A DNA stretch of 56,290 nt, filler included, from Basidiobolus ranarum (GCA_040143965.1; 5 parts of 5 records of this genome joined end to end with filler, not necessarily neighbours in it), one strand, 5' to 3'. Positions 11,623-24,859 are shown, numbered from the whole stretch's first letter. Notes: generated by a model not told the origin, from the letters alone. Translations and numbers: made by a program.

Positions 11623-13104
11623 GTAACTGTACGATTAAAATTCAGGAATCTTCAACGTAGTATTACACCACAACTTAGGAGCACAGAGCCTTATCTTAAG
11701 ACTTAAGAAGGTGAAGTGATTCCGACTATACCAACAACTCTTTCGACTCTATCCCAATCAGATACCTCTCAATGGAAAATACACTCTTTATATTCTTTAG
11801 GTAGTTTCTACCTAATCAGTTTTAGTATATTTCTTAACTCAGTTTAGCCAATGTTCAGAAGGAGTTTAATCAAGAATTGGACAAAGTAGGTAATTGTGAA
11901 ATGATTCGTTGTCAATCCGATCCCATTTTCTTACTGGACAAAGTTTTTGAACCGTTTTGAAATTCTACAATCACTGTGCTTTAACTAGTATCAACTGTTT
12001 AGTATGAATAAATTCAATACGCCTTACTGATCTCTAACAACTAAATCGATTATGTTCGAGGGTTTATGTGAGCATAATTATGGGCATGTTTCTAGGCTAG
12101 TGTAGATTCTAATCGGATGTCGGTTCAGTTCCTCATGAACTTGGAAGAGATCGTAATAATACTATATAAATACACTTTTTGTACTATGTGTCCGTGACAG
12201 GCCCATTATCGTAATGCTAGTTTTATTGAATGCAATATATTTAGTAGAGTTGCACAACGGTAACAGCAGTCTTACTGAGTATTGTAGAGATTGAGCCGAA
12301 ACAATATCATATCAACAAAGATCAAGGCTCTAACAAACTCTATTGGTGAATGATGCTGAGATAAAAATCAGCCCAGGCCAAACTATATATGTAGGATGCA
12401 TTGCCCATTTACTCATTGAAGAGACACCGGCGGCTCTCTATTTTAGCCAGAAGGTACACTTGCTGATCTATCATCGCATACATGAGACATAAGCCTACAT
12501 TGTGTCATGTCGATCCCAAGTTCTTATTGCTTATGTAGGATATTACTGATGGACGCTTGTATATTTAAGGATCCAGTACTAGATGATGATCCCTTGGACT
12601 CAATGGTTTATGAGCTTTTGTTATCAGCAGAGCAGATATGTCACAATCTGCTGTAATGATACATGCCGTCCCTATTTGCCAAAAAACCCTTCGGAATATC
12701 AGTGTTGGTTTAAAATTATAGTGGTACTTGAAACAGATAGGTTTAGTAATAATTGCATCTGATGCCAGTACATATTTAATATAGTGATTGCCAAGATTAG
12801 AGCTTACAAAATGAACAAACACGATCGTCTATAGATCCAGACGCCATGCTAACTTACGTACTTCCACATGAATTACTGAATTCTCACTCAGTGAAAAAGT
12901 GGGATAATCTTAATGTCAAACAGGAGGACAAGTGGCCATTGGTATAATTATGGGACAGATCTTCAACTATCTACTGGAATTACAAGTCAACTCGTATCAA
13001 TGATCTCCAAGCATGGTGACCCAGCACCTTAGTCTTAGCCCTCTTAACATTGCTTCAGTTTTATCTATAAACATCACGTTCGCCACGCTTCTTACTTATA
13101 CTTA

Positions 13105-13549
13105 ATGCTGCGCCATACCTTAGTAAATCCTCAAAAAGGAGAGCAATTCAGAGAATGGATAAATATAACACGAGAATCCCTTATTCAAGCTAGTCGCTCA
13201 ATATCAGGTAAGACTCGATCACTACCTCAAGGTCTTCCTTCATCTCATTGTATTTTTAATGTCACACCAACAAGTGCCTGCTTCATTTCTGCGTGATGCG
13301 AGAAAATTCTATCATTCGATAAATTCAAAATACCACCCCCGTCCATCGTCCTCTCTCAACCGTGGATCCCAGAAGCCTCAAAAATCAGAAAACCTTCCAG
13401 TTGACCCATTCACATTTTGTACTACTCATGGAACAAAAGAACTATGGTACTATCCACCTAGGAAGATGTCTCGTATCGTCAACAATCAGATAAAGCACTT
13501 CTATGGTGAACAACGGGACTTAAAGGTCAACCCTTGTACAAAAAAATGA
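13105..13549 (+). CDS. Possible 125-aa orphan protein, 2 exons
   Basis: A GTAAGA...AAG intron at 13208-13274 joins ORF 13105 in frame to ORF 13259; TATAAA lies about 40 bp upstream. No recognisable domain. Confidence 0.4.
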
Positions 13550-13820
13550 GAGGAGTCTTGGCCTAGATCCGACAGAGAAATATGAGTTTCAAAGTGTACA
13601 GATGTCCGATTTCTTTTATCTCCTGCATGTATTAACATCGGATCGTGGTATTTCTTAATCAAAGATAACCATTGTGAATAAAAAAGAAAATCAGGGTAGA
13701 GGCCCGAAAATTCAAACTGAGCTTGAAACTTATGTAATATGATGATTGTTCGGAATTTATTACTCAACTATTACATGGAAAGTATTAATTAGTGGGACAT
13801 TCACTACTTGAATGGGATCT

Positions 13821-14786
13821 CTACAAAGCTCTAGAAATGAATAATGTGAGGATTGAGAGGAATACAATAGTAACCTTGTCTATCGGATTATACTCAGTCG
13901 AGGAACTATCTAGAGTTATCATAGTGCCATTTAAGAAACCCGTATCAATCTGAAACCGAATGTTTTTTATGTAAACATTGGTGTCAACTGGAGTAGCATA
14001 GGCTGGGGTCGAACCGCCAAAGAAAGAACTGAATTCAAAGGTATCGACAAACATATCATCATATGTACGATAGACAAGCTTGGACAAATCTACTTGTAAC
14101 TTATTGTCAATGTAAAGCTTCAAGTAACCGTTCGGCTCATTCCCTGTATTCAACTGCACAAATAGCTCGACCTTATTCCAAGCCCCTGGTTTGAATTTGA
14201 AATTCCTGCCAATAGATGATCCATATTCCAAATTACATGTAGCATCTGGTCTTGCGCATAAATCATTATTGAGTATTTTGGGCAAATAAGTGTAAACTTC
14301 ACCCAGGCCACCACTACGCCACATTAGTCTCATGGAGAAACAATTAGCACCATTAGCCTCACGACCACCGGTACATCCTGCGTTCGTTGATCCTCCAAAT
14401 AATCCAGGGAGTTTGCCTCCTTTCACCCAGTTGAAGTCTTGTGGAAACCCAATTTCATAACTGAGCATAGCCCGATTAGCAGGCTGATCATCTAATGGTT
14501 TACAATTCACATGAACGCCACTGTTATTACCTCCCTCTATGCCGTAGCTTTGTCTAGTGTAAAATATGTCGTAACAGGTGTCATCATTGGTGCTAAAAGG
14601 ATCTTTAATCGTTGATACGCTTCCAAAAGAGGTTTTGGATCCACTACGAAAGTTCCAATCTGTTAGATTCAAGGATTGTGGTGACCAGGACTTCTCAAAA
14701 GTAAATCGACTTGTGTCTGCGCAACAGTATGTTGTGGTACCAAGTAGTAAATACACAGACAAATAGGTATCATCGGACCACCTCAT
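13821..14786 (-). CDS. Polysaccharide lyase family 14 (alginate/glucuronan lyase-like), secreted, with a hydrophobic C-tail
   Basis: Motifs FNWVKGGKLPGLFGG, CFSMRLMWR..G.GEVYTY and FSSFFGGS; N-terminal signal-like segment and C-terminal GPI/TM-like segment. Confidence 0.88.
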   Translation of the reverse strand: MRWSDDTYLSVYLLLGTTTYCCADTSRFTFEKSWSPQSLNLTDWNFRSGSKTSFGSVSTIKDPFSTNDDTCYDIFYTRQSYGIEGGNNSGVHVNCKPLDDQPANRAMLSYEIGFPQDFNWVKGGKLPGLFGGSTNAGCTGGREANGANCFSMRLMWRSGGLGEVYTYLPKILNNDLCARPDATCNLEYGSSIGRNFKFKPGAWNKVELFVQLNTGNEPNGYLKLYIDNKLQVDLSKLVYRTYDDMFVDTFEFSSFFGGSTPAYATPVDTNVYIKNIRFQIDTGFLNGTMITLDSSSTEYNPIDKVTIVFLSILTLFISRAL

Positions 14787-17650
14787 AGTCCAAGAGTTGT
14801 TGCTACGAAAGAGTGAAAAAGTATATGAGTTTTATCGAAGCTGGATATCGAGGAATTCTACTTTATAGTTATTAAAGAGGTAGTAGCTACCGACTGCCAC
14901 AAATAAGGAAATGAAAGTCAAAAGAAAAACCTGAATACAATTGAAATGTAAAAAAATAATATTGGACTTGGGATCGGTATTTAAACGTTTCCGCATACTC
15001 GCTGCTCCTTTTCCAAAAATAATCCCCCCTTACGGGTGTTCACGTTTCCTGTAATTGTTTATATGACTAAATAAGGGTTCTATATAGCAATAAAAGATTC
15101 TGCATTCATATTCCAAGGTCAACATGTAAACTTGGGGAATTAAGGATATTTAGAACTCCACTCAAATGCACACTCACTCGTAAAACCGTTAGCTTTAATT
15201 CTGCTCACCAATATATGCCGATCTTTTGAGTATTTTGCACTTTGTGTTGCTAGATACATTTTTTTGTAGTTACTGAATATCGCCTATTTGACATCTTGGA
15301 GGCAGACCAATAGTAGCTTATCATATAGGGAAAGATTCACGTATATTTTCATTTTCTTTAGGGTCACTCCTACATGAAAATTCGGAATTTAAGGATCGCT
15401 GGGTTGAATGCAGGGTAAGTATAATCTACGTGCGAATTAAAAGAATGTATAATTGGTGGTTTTCTCTCTTGATATTCTCCTAGGAATCGGGAATATCTTG
15501 TACAATTGTTACCATACCCTTCATGTTTTGTCGATGATATTCACTCCATTAACCGTAGATTCAGCTTACGAATTAAACGTCAATACAGTAAGTCTGGTAT
15601 TTGAATTGCGTTAGTATTGAACTTCTCAACACTCGTAATAAATAATGTTTTAGAAATCTTCTTTTGAATGATATCCCAGAGTAAACGTATTACTCCTTGC
15701 TATGCATTCCAACAGTCCCTAGGAAGATCACTGTATAAGGGGAGCATTGTGCATCGATGTGTATTTTGTCTCTGAATGCTAGGGTAACTAACGGAGTACT
15801 TCATAATGAGAACACCCAGTGCCGTATCCGAATGAGGTAGAGTTTTATATAGAACTTGACTACAAGTTGTTCAATCTATTGCTATGGATTAGCTCTGAAC
15901 TACTTTGAAGGTACCTACTATGTCAAGATATCTTGGCTGAGATTCAGAATGGCACAATGTCATTTTCGATAGAATATGAATGTCGGCAAATACAATGGCA
16001 TTTTCCGGAGTCTGAAGATCTCCGTATATCGGCTTGACTACTCTTTATCATTCGTCAAAGCGGCAGGCACCACTGGGCATATGTGTATTTCATCTCATCA
16101 ACGCTGTCTTATTGCATATGCATTTCCCTGTAATAGTAGCTTCGTCCCAAGTCATCAAAAATATGTAATCGGCAATTTACTTACTAGAATGACGCAAGGT
16201 TCCTAAATAGGAAAACAACACTATACACTTATATGAATGTGAGATGGGCCATTTGTAGCAAGTGGCGCCTTGAAGGCACAGCACCTATCATTGGTTTGTG
16301 TGGAAAATCGGACTGTATGTACGTAAGAGGTGCATGCGTTAACTGTTGAGTACTAAGGGGATCCTCAGTTGTAAAGGGAAAAGGCCTTGAGGCTACGCCA
16401 GCGACCTGCAACTTAAATGCAACATTTCAGGTCACTCAGTTATCTCACAATCGAGTAAATCACCCCAGTGGAATTGATGGAGACTCGCCGCATCAAATGC
16501 TAAAATCATTTGATGCTGGCTGATTCTCATGGAGCTCACCGAAGAATGCTTTGTCAGCTCTGTAGTAATATCGATAAAAACCAGTTTCTAAAAGTATCCT
16601 GCTCGATGCGAAGCGACTCTATCAGCTCTCCAGATCTTTCATTCTATTTTACCTCGGCGTTTGTCTATTTGGGGGTTTGATCGATCTGGTGGAATTCACA
16701 GATATGAGCAACTAGTGTGCATGAAATATGGCCAATCATTAGCAACTGTCGGCAATCTCGCTATTGACCCATGTATAACCAGATGAAAAGTGTTAGACGA
16801 ACTCGGATTGAGATGTAAAAGTTACACTTACATCATGTACTAATTCTTTGGTGTAAAATGATTGTAGCAGTAGATTTCAGCTTATTGGATTGGAATAAGT
16901 TATGTTGGTATTTGTAGCAAATTGCAGGGATTACACTGGATATTGTACTTACCACTGTGTGCCCGACAAGTGGGGCATCGTCTACATTGTGTAAATGTTT
17001 ATAGCTGGTTCCCGAAGGCCTTTGTTACCAAAAATCAATGCTCTAGTAGTTTGATCGATTAAATAACCAACAATTGAGAGTTGAATAGGCGTGTACCTTC
17101 TCTTTCCGAATACTAGTAGCATTCCTGGTGAGTATTCTACTTCATTTGTTTCACTCAACAAATGTTAATTGGCCCGTAATTCTATATAAGAGTCTGGTCG
17201 GACCAGCTGTGCCTAGCAATTATCATGTGCGCTCTCAATGCTGTAACTCGTTGGCAACTTGTTTGCAATAATGGAATAGTTGTGGCGACATCCCAAATCT
17301 ATGACTGGGTCATTCACACCGACAGAGTTTTTGTAACAAGTCGGCACCAACTACCACTTTTATCTAACTGGTGCTACCTAGCAAGATCGCACTTGGGTTT
17401 TTCTTTGGGCAACACTGCAGTCATTGATTGTGAAGCAGTGAAATTAAGAATAAACTCGCTATTACTAAAAACTAGATTTTGAACACTGTCACACAGTTTT
17501 ACTTGTTGTAGTTACATCTTGAGCCTTGACACTTGGATTGTTCAACGTCCATTGAATAGCTCTGGAATTTTTCTTTCGCGCTTGGTATATATAGCCTTAC
17601 ATGAAGCTGAGGTACAAATAGTTTTTGCTTAAAGTGTTTCTAGTGACATC

Positions 17651-18726
17651 ATGATCGAAATTCGTTTACGAGATGACCCTGTAATTTTGCATGGTTTGCC
17701 AGAAGAATCAGTTGGAAGTGTTCTGTATGGAACTCTCGTTATAACCCCAAATAAAACCATCAAGGCCAAAGCAATAGTTCTTAGATTTCAAGGAAAGATG
17801 GAGCTGAAAAATTTTCGAGGTATTTATCCTTCACTCACATTAACTTTGTTAAACCCTTCAAACTTATATCTTCAAATGTAGAAACTTGGCAGCAAGTTGT
17901 ATTTCTTGAACATCAATGGACTTTTATGAGCTCGGGCAACATGCTACATACTCTTCATCCAAATGAATCCTACGAGTTTCCATTTGAGTATCCGATCAAA
18001 GGAAGTTTACCCGTCTCTGTAAATGTTCCGAATGGCCGTATTTCTTATCGTCTCATTGCTACCATTGAGCGTCCTCCCTTGATACGAAACATACGCAAAA
18101 CAGAGTTGGTCAAGGTTCAACGAGCATACTTCGATTTCTGTGGAGATGCAGCAACACAACTGTCATGTATTGGACGTTGGGCAAATAGTTTCCGTTATGC
18201 TGCTACCATCCCTAAAACACATTACATTCCTGGAGATGTAATACCTCTACATTTTACGTTCATCATTCACGACACACATTTTATCATTACCGATATAGTA
18301 CTATCGATTAAAGAAGTTGCTAGATACTCGGATCACTTACCACGTCCAGCATTCGAGACCGAAAGGTTGTGTGAAGTCAACCGCTCTGTCCCTAAGTTTG
18401 ATGTAGGACAGGCGGAATTTTCTATGATGATTGAAGTGCCTGAATTAGCTCACCCTGACTGTCAAACCGATGTTATCGAAGTATCGCATCTCTTGGTAGC
18501 TAAAATCAAACTTAACGACAGCTATAAGCGCCGCTGGTGGTTCTATATTGATACCCCGTTCGTGATTCGTTCTGAAGCCCAGTACGAGTTATCACAGTCT
18601 CCACCCAGCTATGTACCAATGATGCATATCAACACCAATAATATGGTACTGAATACTGTGACTGACGACATTCAGAATTCATTACCACCACCCTACATCG
18701 AAAAACCTCCCAGCATATTGCTATGA
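17651..18726 (+). CDS. Alpha-arrestin (ART-like ubiquitin-ligase adaptor), 2 exons
   Basis: Intron 17820-17881; arrestin-N motif YEFPFEYPIKGSLPVSV..GRISYRLIATIERP; PPSY and PPPY motifs near the C-terminus. Confidence 0.9.
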
Positions 18727-21573
18727 AATTACCGAAGAAATCCATTTGATCGCTACTCGGGGCTATTGATGCAAGATTTCACTCTCCATTAGTACCGATT
18801 TGTATCACCTGTATATATATTTCTTAATATTACTTGAGCGCTTCATCATGATGAGCACCTGTGTACATAAAAATAATATCTGAATACCCCGTTGGACATC
18901 CATCCGTAGATGGACTCCTATTCATACCTCCACTGAGAGACTATTAACCTCTATTGAATAAACTCCTGCAACAAAGTACTCGACACCTATTAAATTCATC
19001 TTTGAGGATACCTCATTCCAGTGGCAGGTGATTCCTCTGTGTAATTCTCACGATAACCATCATATGTTAATCGGATGAAAGACGTACTACATCAGACCGC
19101 ATGCTTAAATTAGGAAATAATGAATCTGACAGTGAACAAGGTGGATACGCCAATACTCCGATTTCGCAAAAGCTCTTCTCATGCAGAGCCCGTTGATTTT
19201 CTCACACGGTATTCAGTAACTATCGATCGATGTTTAAGCCCATTATCAAATCACATTGTAAAGGTTTCTACTGATCCCATCATGGAGGATGTGAACACTT
19301 AGGAAGCTACCCACTAAGTAAGGATAGATGAATTTCTCTTGTGTAGACAGATGCAACATTGAGGGATTACTAATATCGATGTCGACACCGCAGCTCCCGG
19401 TTATCCCAACTACACGGTTCATACACGTATGTATAAAGAATTAGGTTAAGGTGCAACAGTGGCTTGACATAAACGTACTTGGTAGTACAGCCAATAGTCT
19501 ACAACAGACCCGATCTCTTGTTTGAACTTCATTACCACTCGCAACTAACAGATAGTACAGTACTCAATGGTGGAAAGACATCAGCACCTATACTCTCACT
19601 TTAAAGCATTATTAGAGAGTTGGCGGTTCGGGGAGTATGAATCACACAATAATGGATGAATAAAAGGAATACTCTTGTATAGTTCCTCCGGTTAGCCGTC
19701 AAACCTGGAAGAATCATGTGTATGTGACAGTGTGAACAATTGTTGACAAGAGTGTTCGGGTTGAATTCTTGCCATATTCTCTACCGGTACTTACTAACGA
19801 ACAAACCAGTGATTGTTCGTTATTGTATGTTCCAACTAGTGATCCACTTCACCTGTCTTTATCCATTTTTCATTCCGATTGGAAGATATTAATGGCCATT
19901 TATTGCAAGGGAAATCATGAGAACACTTATCATAGATACAGTAACTAGTTTGAGCCTGGTGACAAACAAGTCTAATGAATCGGTAATGACATCATATTCA
20001 AAACTAGAGTTATGGACTGCTAGCATAAAAGTAATTCTATAGTAGAGCCTTTCTCTATCTACTGAATATCGCTAAACCTTCTTCCGTCGATTGTTGAATG
20101 CTCCAAAGGAGCTGGCTCAAGGCATTTGACCGACTTGGATCGAAGTGGAGCAGCTGCTGGATTGGGAGAAATGCAATGTACTACGCCATGTAGTCTATAA
20201 AATCATCTCTTCGCATGTGCAACAACAATTTGTTACAATAACTTAACTTTGAGAGCATTAGATTTGTTCTATTTCACGAGAGTAGCAAGAACATGTGATA
20301 ACTTGAGCCCCCTGATACATGTGAATTGTACATCTGGCAGAGCCCAAGCAACTATAGATATATCAATTTTATGTCACAGCACTGAGACTGTTATAGTCAT
20401 CAATCTCCGTTGATGATTCTGGTTTTAATATTTGTTGGAAAAACTTCGTATATTTATCTTTCTTTACTCTTCCAAAGTCTTCATAATGAATAACTAGTCA
20501 TGTTGTTATCCTATGTACAGTTATTACTTTCTTTGAGCTGATTGAATGGAATAGAGGATATCGCCATCTGCATAATTGAAGTGTGTAACAGTGAAATTCG
20601 CTACATAAGCCGATACCAGTATTAACCACCATACCTGAGCTATGCCAAAATGCTCAGTATAGGCCCCTAAATATTCATATATTGTACTTGGTATATTTTC
20701 CGGGTACTTAGCAAGTAAACTTATATATAGTTTGATGCATAGTAGGAAATTGTGAAACACTAATATATTGATATCTGAAATGAACCAGTTGCGCAGTAAC
20801 ATACAAAATCACATAACTTGAGTTAAACTAGACTTTAACACAACAAGGTTAAAAAAGATTGCATAAGATCTTACCAATCACTACATTTGAGCGTAAGATC
20901 ATATACTTTTCTAGTAGCATATCCACTACTAGTTTCTGTCCTATAGTAGAACTCAGTAATTTTTGTCAATCTAATCAGTAAGTTATATATGCAAGGCTGT
21001 TCATGTATCCATTTCTAACTTATTCTTTGATCAAGTTACTTCTTATCTCTCTTATCAGCAAATATCTTACTGAAGTTTGATACCATTATCATTTTTGTTA
21101 TCTCTTTATTTATGTATTAGAACGAATTTAGTTAAAATCGTTTAGTTAAATTGGAGCTAATTTTGGGTTAGATATGAATTATCTAAAATAATAAGCAACA
21201 TTCAACTTGAAACTGCGATGGTATTCAGCTGAACTTCAGGTTGGAACATTTCACTCCACATATTCCTTCACACAACCCTATTTCTTGTTACGTATACCTA
21301 ATAGTAGAAATACCTTATAGTCGGTCTATTAGTAAGAATCTAAAGCTGATGATATTTTTATATTTTACTACTTCAAACACATCCGTTTCCTCTGACATCA
21401 CTAATATATCACTCCTGGACCTAAACATAGGTTCACTATTATTGCTGGTAGAAAACGATAAAAACTTTTGGAACTATATTAAACAAGTATAGCTGTTTAA
21501 TCCAGAGATATTAGCTCAACAGGGCTACATTAATACAGATCTGGAGAGTATTGAAGATTTTGATGCTAGGGTA

Positions 21574-21615
21574 TGTTGATATTAGCATTGCCTAAATAAC
21601 TATATAGTCATATAT
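21574..21615 (+). mobile_element. 5' 42 bp of a copia LTR, interrupted by an antiparallel element
   Basis: TGTTGATATTAGCATTGCCTAAATAACTATATAGTCATATAT matches the LTR start at 1362 and 29369. Confidence 0.75.
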
Positions 21616-22498
21616 TGTCAAAGTATTTGGAAGCCTGTCGGAAGTGGTTTGGAGAATTACAGAAGTGGTGGTCTTCACTTAATGATTTATTGAGTTGATA
21701 GTTGGCATTTATACATTTGTCAGGATATAAACAAAGAAACATGTGGCATGTGTCTAGAAAGGTCCAGGAGCATGTGTGCTATGTTTGGGGCTTCTAGCAC
21801 AAGTTTGAAAAATCTATATATCTGAGAACTTCTAAGTTGATAAAAATTTTCTAAGTAAGTTCCAATTGAGAATAATGGAAAATATCTTGGAGAAATATAA
21901 GATAACTAAGTACTAAGCTATATATGACTATATAGGTGCTTAGGCAAAGCTAATTTCAATGCTCTCCCTCAACTAAATAGGCATATAAACTAATCTTAAG
22001 GAAGGTCTAAATCTCTCAAATTTCTGTCTAGTTAATGGTTTGGTTAATATATTGGTAATCATATCTTCTGTAGAGCAATAAGTTAAGTCAATAAGCTTAT
22101 TCTCTATAGTCTCTCCAATGAAGTGATGCTTAATACCTATATGTTTGCTTCTATTATGAAACATGGGATTTTTAGCTAATTTGATAAAACTTTGATTATC
22201 TTGAAATATTGTAGTTAGTGAGTTTTGAGAATAATCCAAATCTGTTAAGAGATTTCTTAACCACATTGCTTCTTTTTCTGCTTCACAGGCAGTCATATAT
22301 TCAACTTCTGTTGGAGAAAGTGCTATAGTAGGATGCTTCCTTGAATTCCAAGAGATTGCTCCATTACAGCAAAGATATAAGTATCCTGTTGAAGATCTCC
22401 TATCTTCAATATCTCTTCCCCAATTTGCATCTGAATAACCCATCAGATCAAAATTTGATCCAGAATATGTATATTTTAAGAACAGATCTACAGTACCT
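21616..22498 (-). mobile_element. 3' end of a Ty1/copia retrotransposon (RT end, RNase H, PPT, 3' LTR at about 21616-21962), cut by the gap
   Basis: ORF 21973-22443: GYSDANWGRDIEDRRSSTGY...ISWNSRKHPTIALSPTEVEY...HNRSKHIGIKHHF...ILTKPL; followed by PPT GAGGGAGAG and a full LTR. Confidence 0.95.
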
Positions 22499-22598
22499 NN
22501 NNNNNNNNNNNNNNNNNNNNNNNNNNNNNNNNNNNNNNNNNNTTAATTAATTAANNNNNNNNNNNNNNNNNNNNNNNNNNNNNNNNNNNNNNNNNNNN
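22499..22598. other. Artificial contig spacer
   Basis: N44-TTAATTAATTAA-N44. Confidence 0.97.
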
Positions 22599-23144
22599 AT
22601 CTTAAATGGCCCTAGTCTTTTATGATCAAGTTTATCACAAGGTCTAGTGGTTTTGATATTTTTTTGGAGTAGCCAAACATAATCTCCTGGCTTGAGATCT
22701 GGGCTTGGCTTTCTTTTCTTATCAGCAAAGTTCTTGTATTGGGATTGAGCATGTTCCAACTCAGATATTAACTGTTTATGAATGTCCTTAAGGAAAGTGG
22801 CATGGTCTGAGGCAGCAGGGCAAGGTAGATTGGATGGTGGGTGAATTGTGAAGCAAGGATGGAATCCATAATTTGCAAAGGTATGAGATGATTAGAGAGG
22901 AGCAAGCTCTGGAGCAGCATGAATCAGAGCGGTGTGGATAAATAGTGAAACAAATTAAAGAGAACATGAGCAAAGCGAGGAATGATGAGGGAAATGCTGA
23001 GTTTGTTGGGAGCTGGGTATATCAGGGTTCAAATTATTATGTGGGCCAGAAAAGGTTCATCAAAAAGAGCCAAGTAGAAAAGATAGATAGAAACAAGTCT
23101 TGATTAAACAAAGTCCGTAAGTTTAGGAGAAGTGAGGTCTGACA
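22599..23144 (-). mobile_element. Ty3/gypsy fragment (integrase C-terminal region with a putative LTR-like 5' part)
   Basis: FANYGFHP near 22880, then AQSQYKNFADKKRKPSPDLKPGDYVWL...KLDHKRLGPFK, typical of the Ty3/Tf2 integrase GPY/F region. The 5' boundary at TGTCAGAC (23144) is tentative. Confidence 0.8.
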
Positions 23145-23377
23145 AGAAATACATTATATAGTATCAACACCAAGGAAGATTAGCCCTCATCGAAGTGGGA
23201 GGATACTTGGGATGGAACCGGAAACAAGTAACCCGACACGCTGAAAGTCCATTTTAGTTGGGAAGTCGCTACGAAAGATCGCAACTAAAAGATATGATTT
23301 GTACAAGACTTCAAGTGTTCTTGCACTCGATGTGATAAGGATGCGTGGGAGTAAGCCAACGACAAGTAGTTTGGGTG

Positions 23378-24859
23378 TTAAAGCCAGTAAGGTACTATAA
23401 AGGCAGGTAGACGATGGATTGCGTTTTGTCGACCCGGCATTTTTCTCCAAGTGATTTTGACTCCTGTAGATTCCAACAAGCCCTTTGCTTGATATTCAGT
23501 AATATTTCGGCAAAAACTAAGCGACACCTTCTGTAAATTCGGCAGCCGACTCAAGGTTACTAGACTAGCGGGAGTGATGTGTGAGCCAGATATCTCCAAA
23601 TTCTCGATAGATGCACAGTCTTGAAGTAGAGCCATGATCATTCTATCAGCTTGTAGTGGGCATTTTAGAACAGCACAGCCAAGAGAGAGTGATTTGAGTC
23701 GGGAGGTAGAGATCACCATCGACGTTACGTCAACATAATTGTAAAATAGTCCACCAATGTCTAGATGCGTGATATTTGGACAATAATACGATATGAGTTT
23801 AAAGAGCTCCTCAGTGTGTCCAACCTTAGTGTGGGCCACGTTAAGTTTCCTCAAAGAAGCCCGGGAGGAGCGAACAATGGACCTAATAAAATCCATCCCT
23901 ACATTTGTCTCACTAACATCGAGGCACTGGATTGCCTTCAAAGAAATAGATGCGACAACCTGATCGTTTAGGCAAGAGCAACGCGTAATTTTGACGGATC
24001 GTAAATTAGGGAAGCAACTCAGCTTAGCAAGAGATGAAACTGAAGATACATCGCAGTTGCGCAGCTTGAAATACTCCAAACTATCACTGTGATACTTTAC
24101 TAAAACATTCATCAGTCCCTCTAGCTGAACCTCGTGGATACAGTCGAGGACAAGCTTGCGAAGAGTATTCTGGCGAATATTAGATATGATGCTTTCAAGA
24201 TTCACTTGCGTGAAAGAGCTCTTTAACGAACGAATCTTGAGGACCTCTAAATGATGACAAGTTTCCGCAATCGCTTGGAAAACTTTATTGTCGATTGGGT
24301 CACAACGAGAGTGCTCAATTACAAGGTGTGTTAATTGAGTTAGCTTTATGGGAAGATTAAATACGAGCTCCAAGGGAATCGATTCGGCGCACCTTAAACG
24401 CTCCAAATTATCCGAGTAGCCTAATGACATGGCTCTCCAAAAGCGGTGTATCCCTGCTTCCACTACAGAAACACCATACTCTTGGCTTTCAAAACTGTGC
24501 TGGTGAATGCACCAAAGGGCTTGTTGAATCCATTTGAGGTCCACCTGCTTTATGTAGGAAAAATAATCAACCAGAGGATTGAGTTTTGAAGCGGATAAAG
24601 AACTTGAAGTAGTGGATACCCGTAATGTTTCAAGTTCTAAACAAGTAAACAACGTATTCATGAGTAAAAGAGCACGTTTTTGTTGTAAAGAATTAGCAGC
24701 AACATTTGGAAGTGAATCCCAAGGAGCTTTATATAGATAATATGCAACCAAATGACACCACTGTCGATTTACCCCAATGCAGTGATATAAAGTGGGAATA
24801 TCATTTCGTGACCACTTCAGAATCTTAGATAAGCATTCAGGCGGAAGTTCTGAAAACAT
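23378..24859 (-). CDS. F-box / leucine-rich-repeat protein, 493 aa
   Basis: N-terminal F-box ELPPECLSKIL...VNRQWC; multiple LxxLxL repeats (LRKLNVAHT, ITHLDIGG, LQKVSLSFC). Confidence 0.88.
   Translation of the reverse strand: MFSELPPECLSKILKWSRNDIPTLYHCIGVNRQWCHLVAYYLYKAPWDSLPNVAANSLQQKRALLLMNTLFTCLELETLRVSTTSSSLSASKLNPLVDYFSYIKQVDLKWIQQALWCIHQHSFESQEYGVSVVEAGIHRFWRAMSLGYSDNLERLRCAESIPLELVFNLPIKLTQLTHLVIEHSRCDPIDNKVFQAIAETCHHLEVLKIRSLKSSFTQVNLESIISNIRQNTLRKLVLDCIHEVQLEGLMNVLVKYHSDSLEYFKLRNCDVSSVSSLAKLSCFPNLRSVKITRCSCLNDQVVASISLKAIQCLDVSETNVGMDFIRSIVRSSRASLRKLNVAHTKVGHTEELFKLISYYCPNITHLDIGGLFYNYVDVTSMVISTSRLKSLSLGCAVLKCPLQADRMIMALLQDCASIENLEISGSHITPASLVTLSRLPNLQKVSLSFCRNITEYQAKGLLESTGVKITWRKMPGRQNAIHRLPAFIVPYWL

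Noticed and set aside
21973..22759. Apparent chimeric copia/gypsy element
   Set aside because: The two parts lie on different contigs separated by the spacer.
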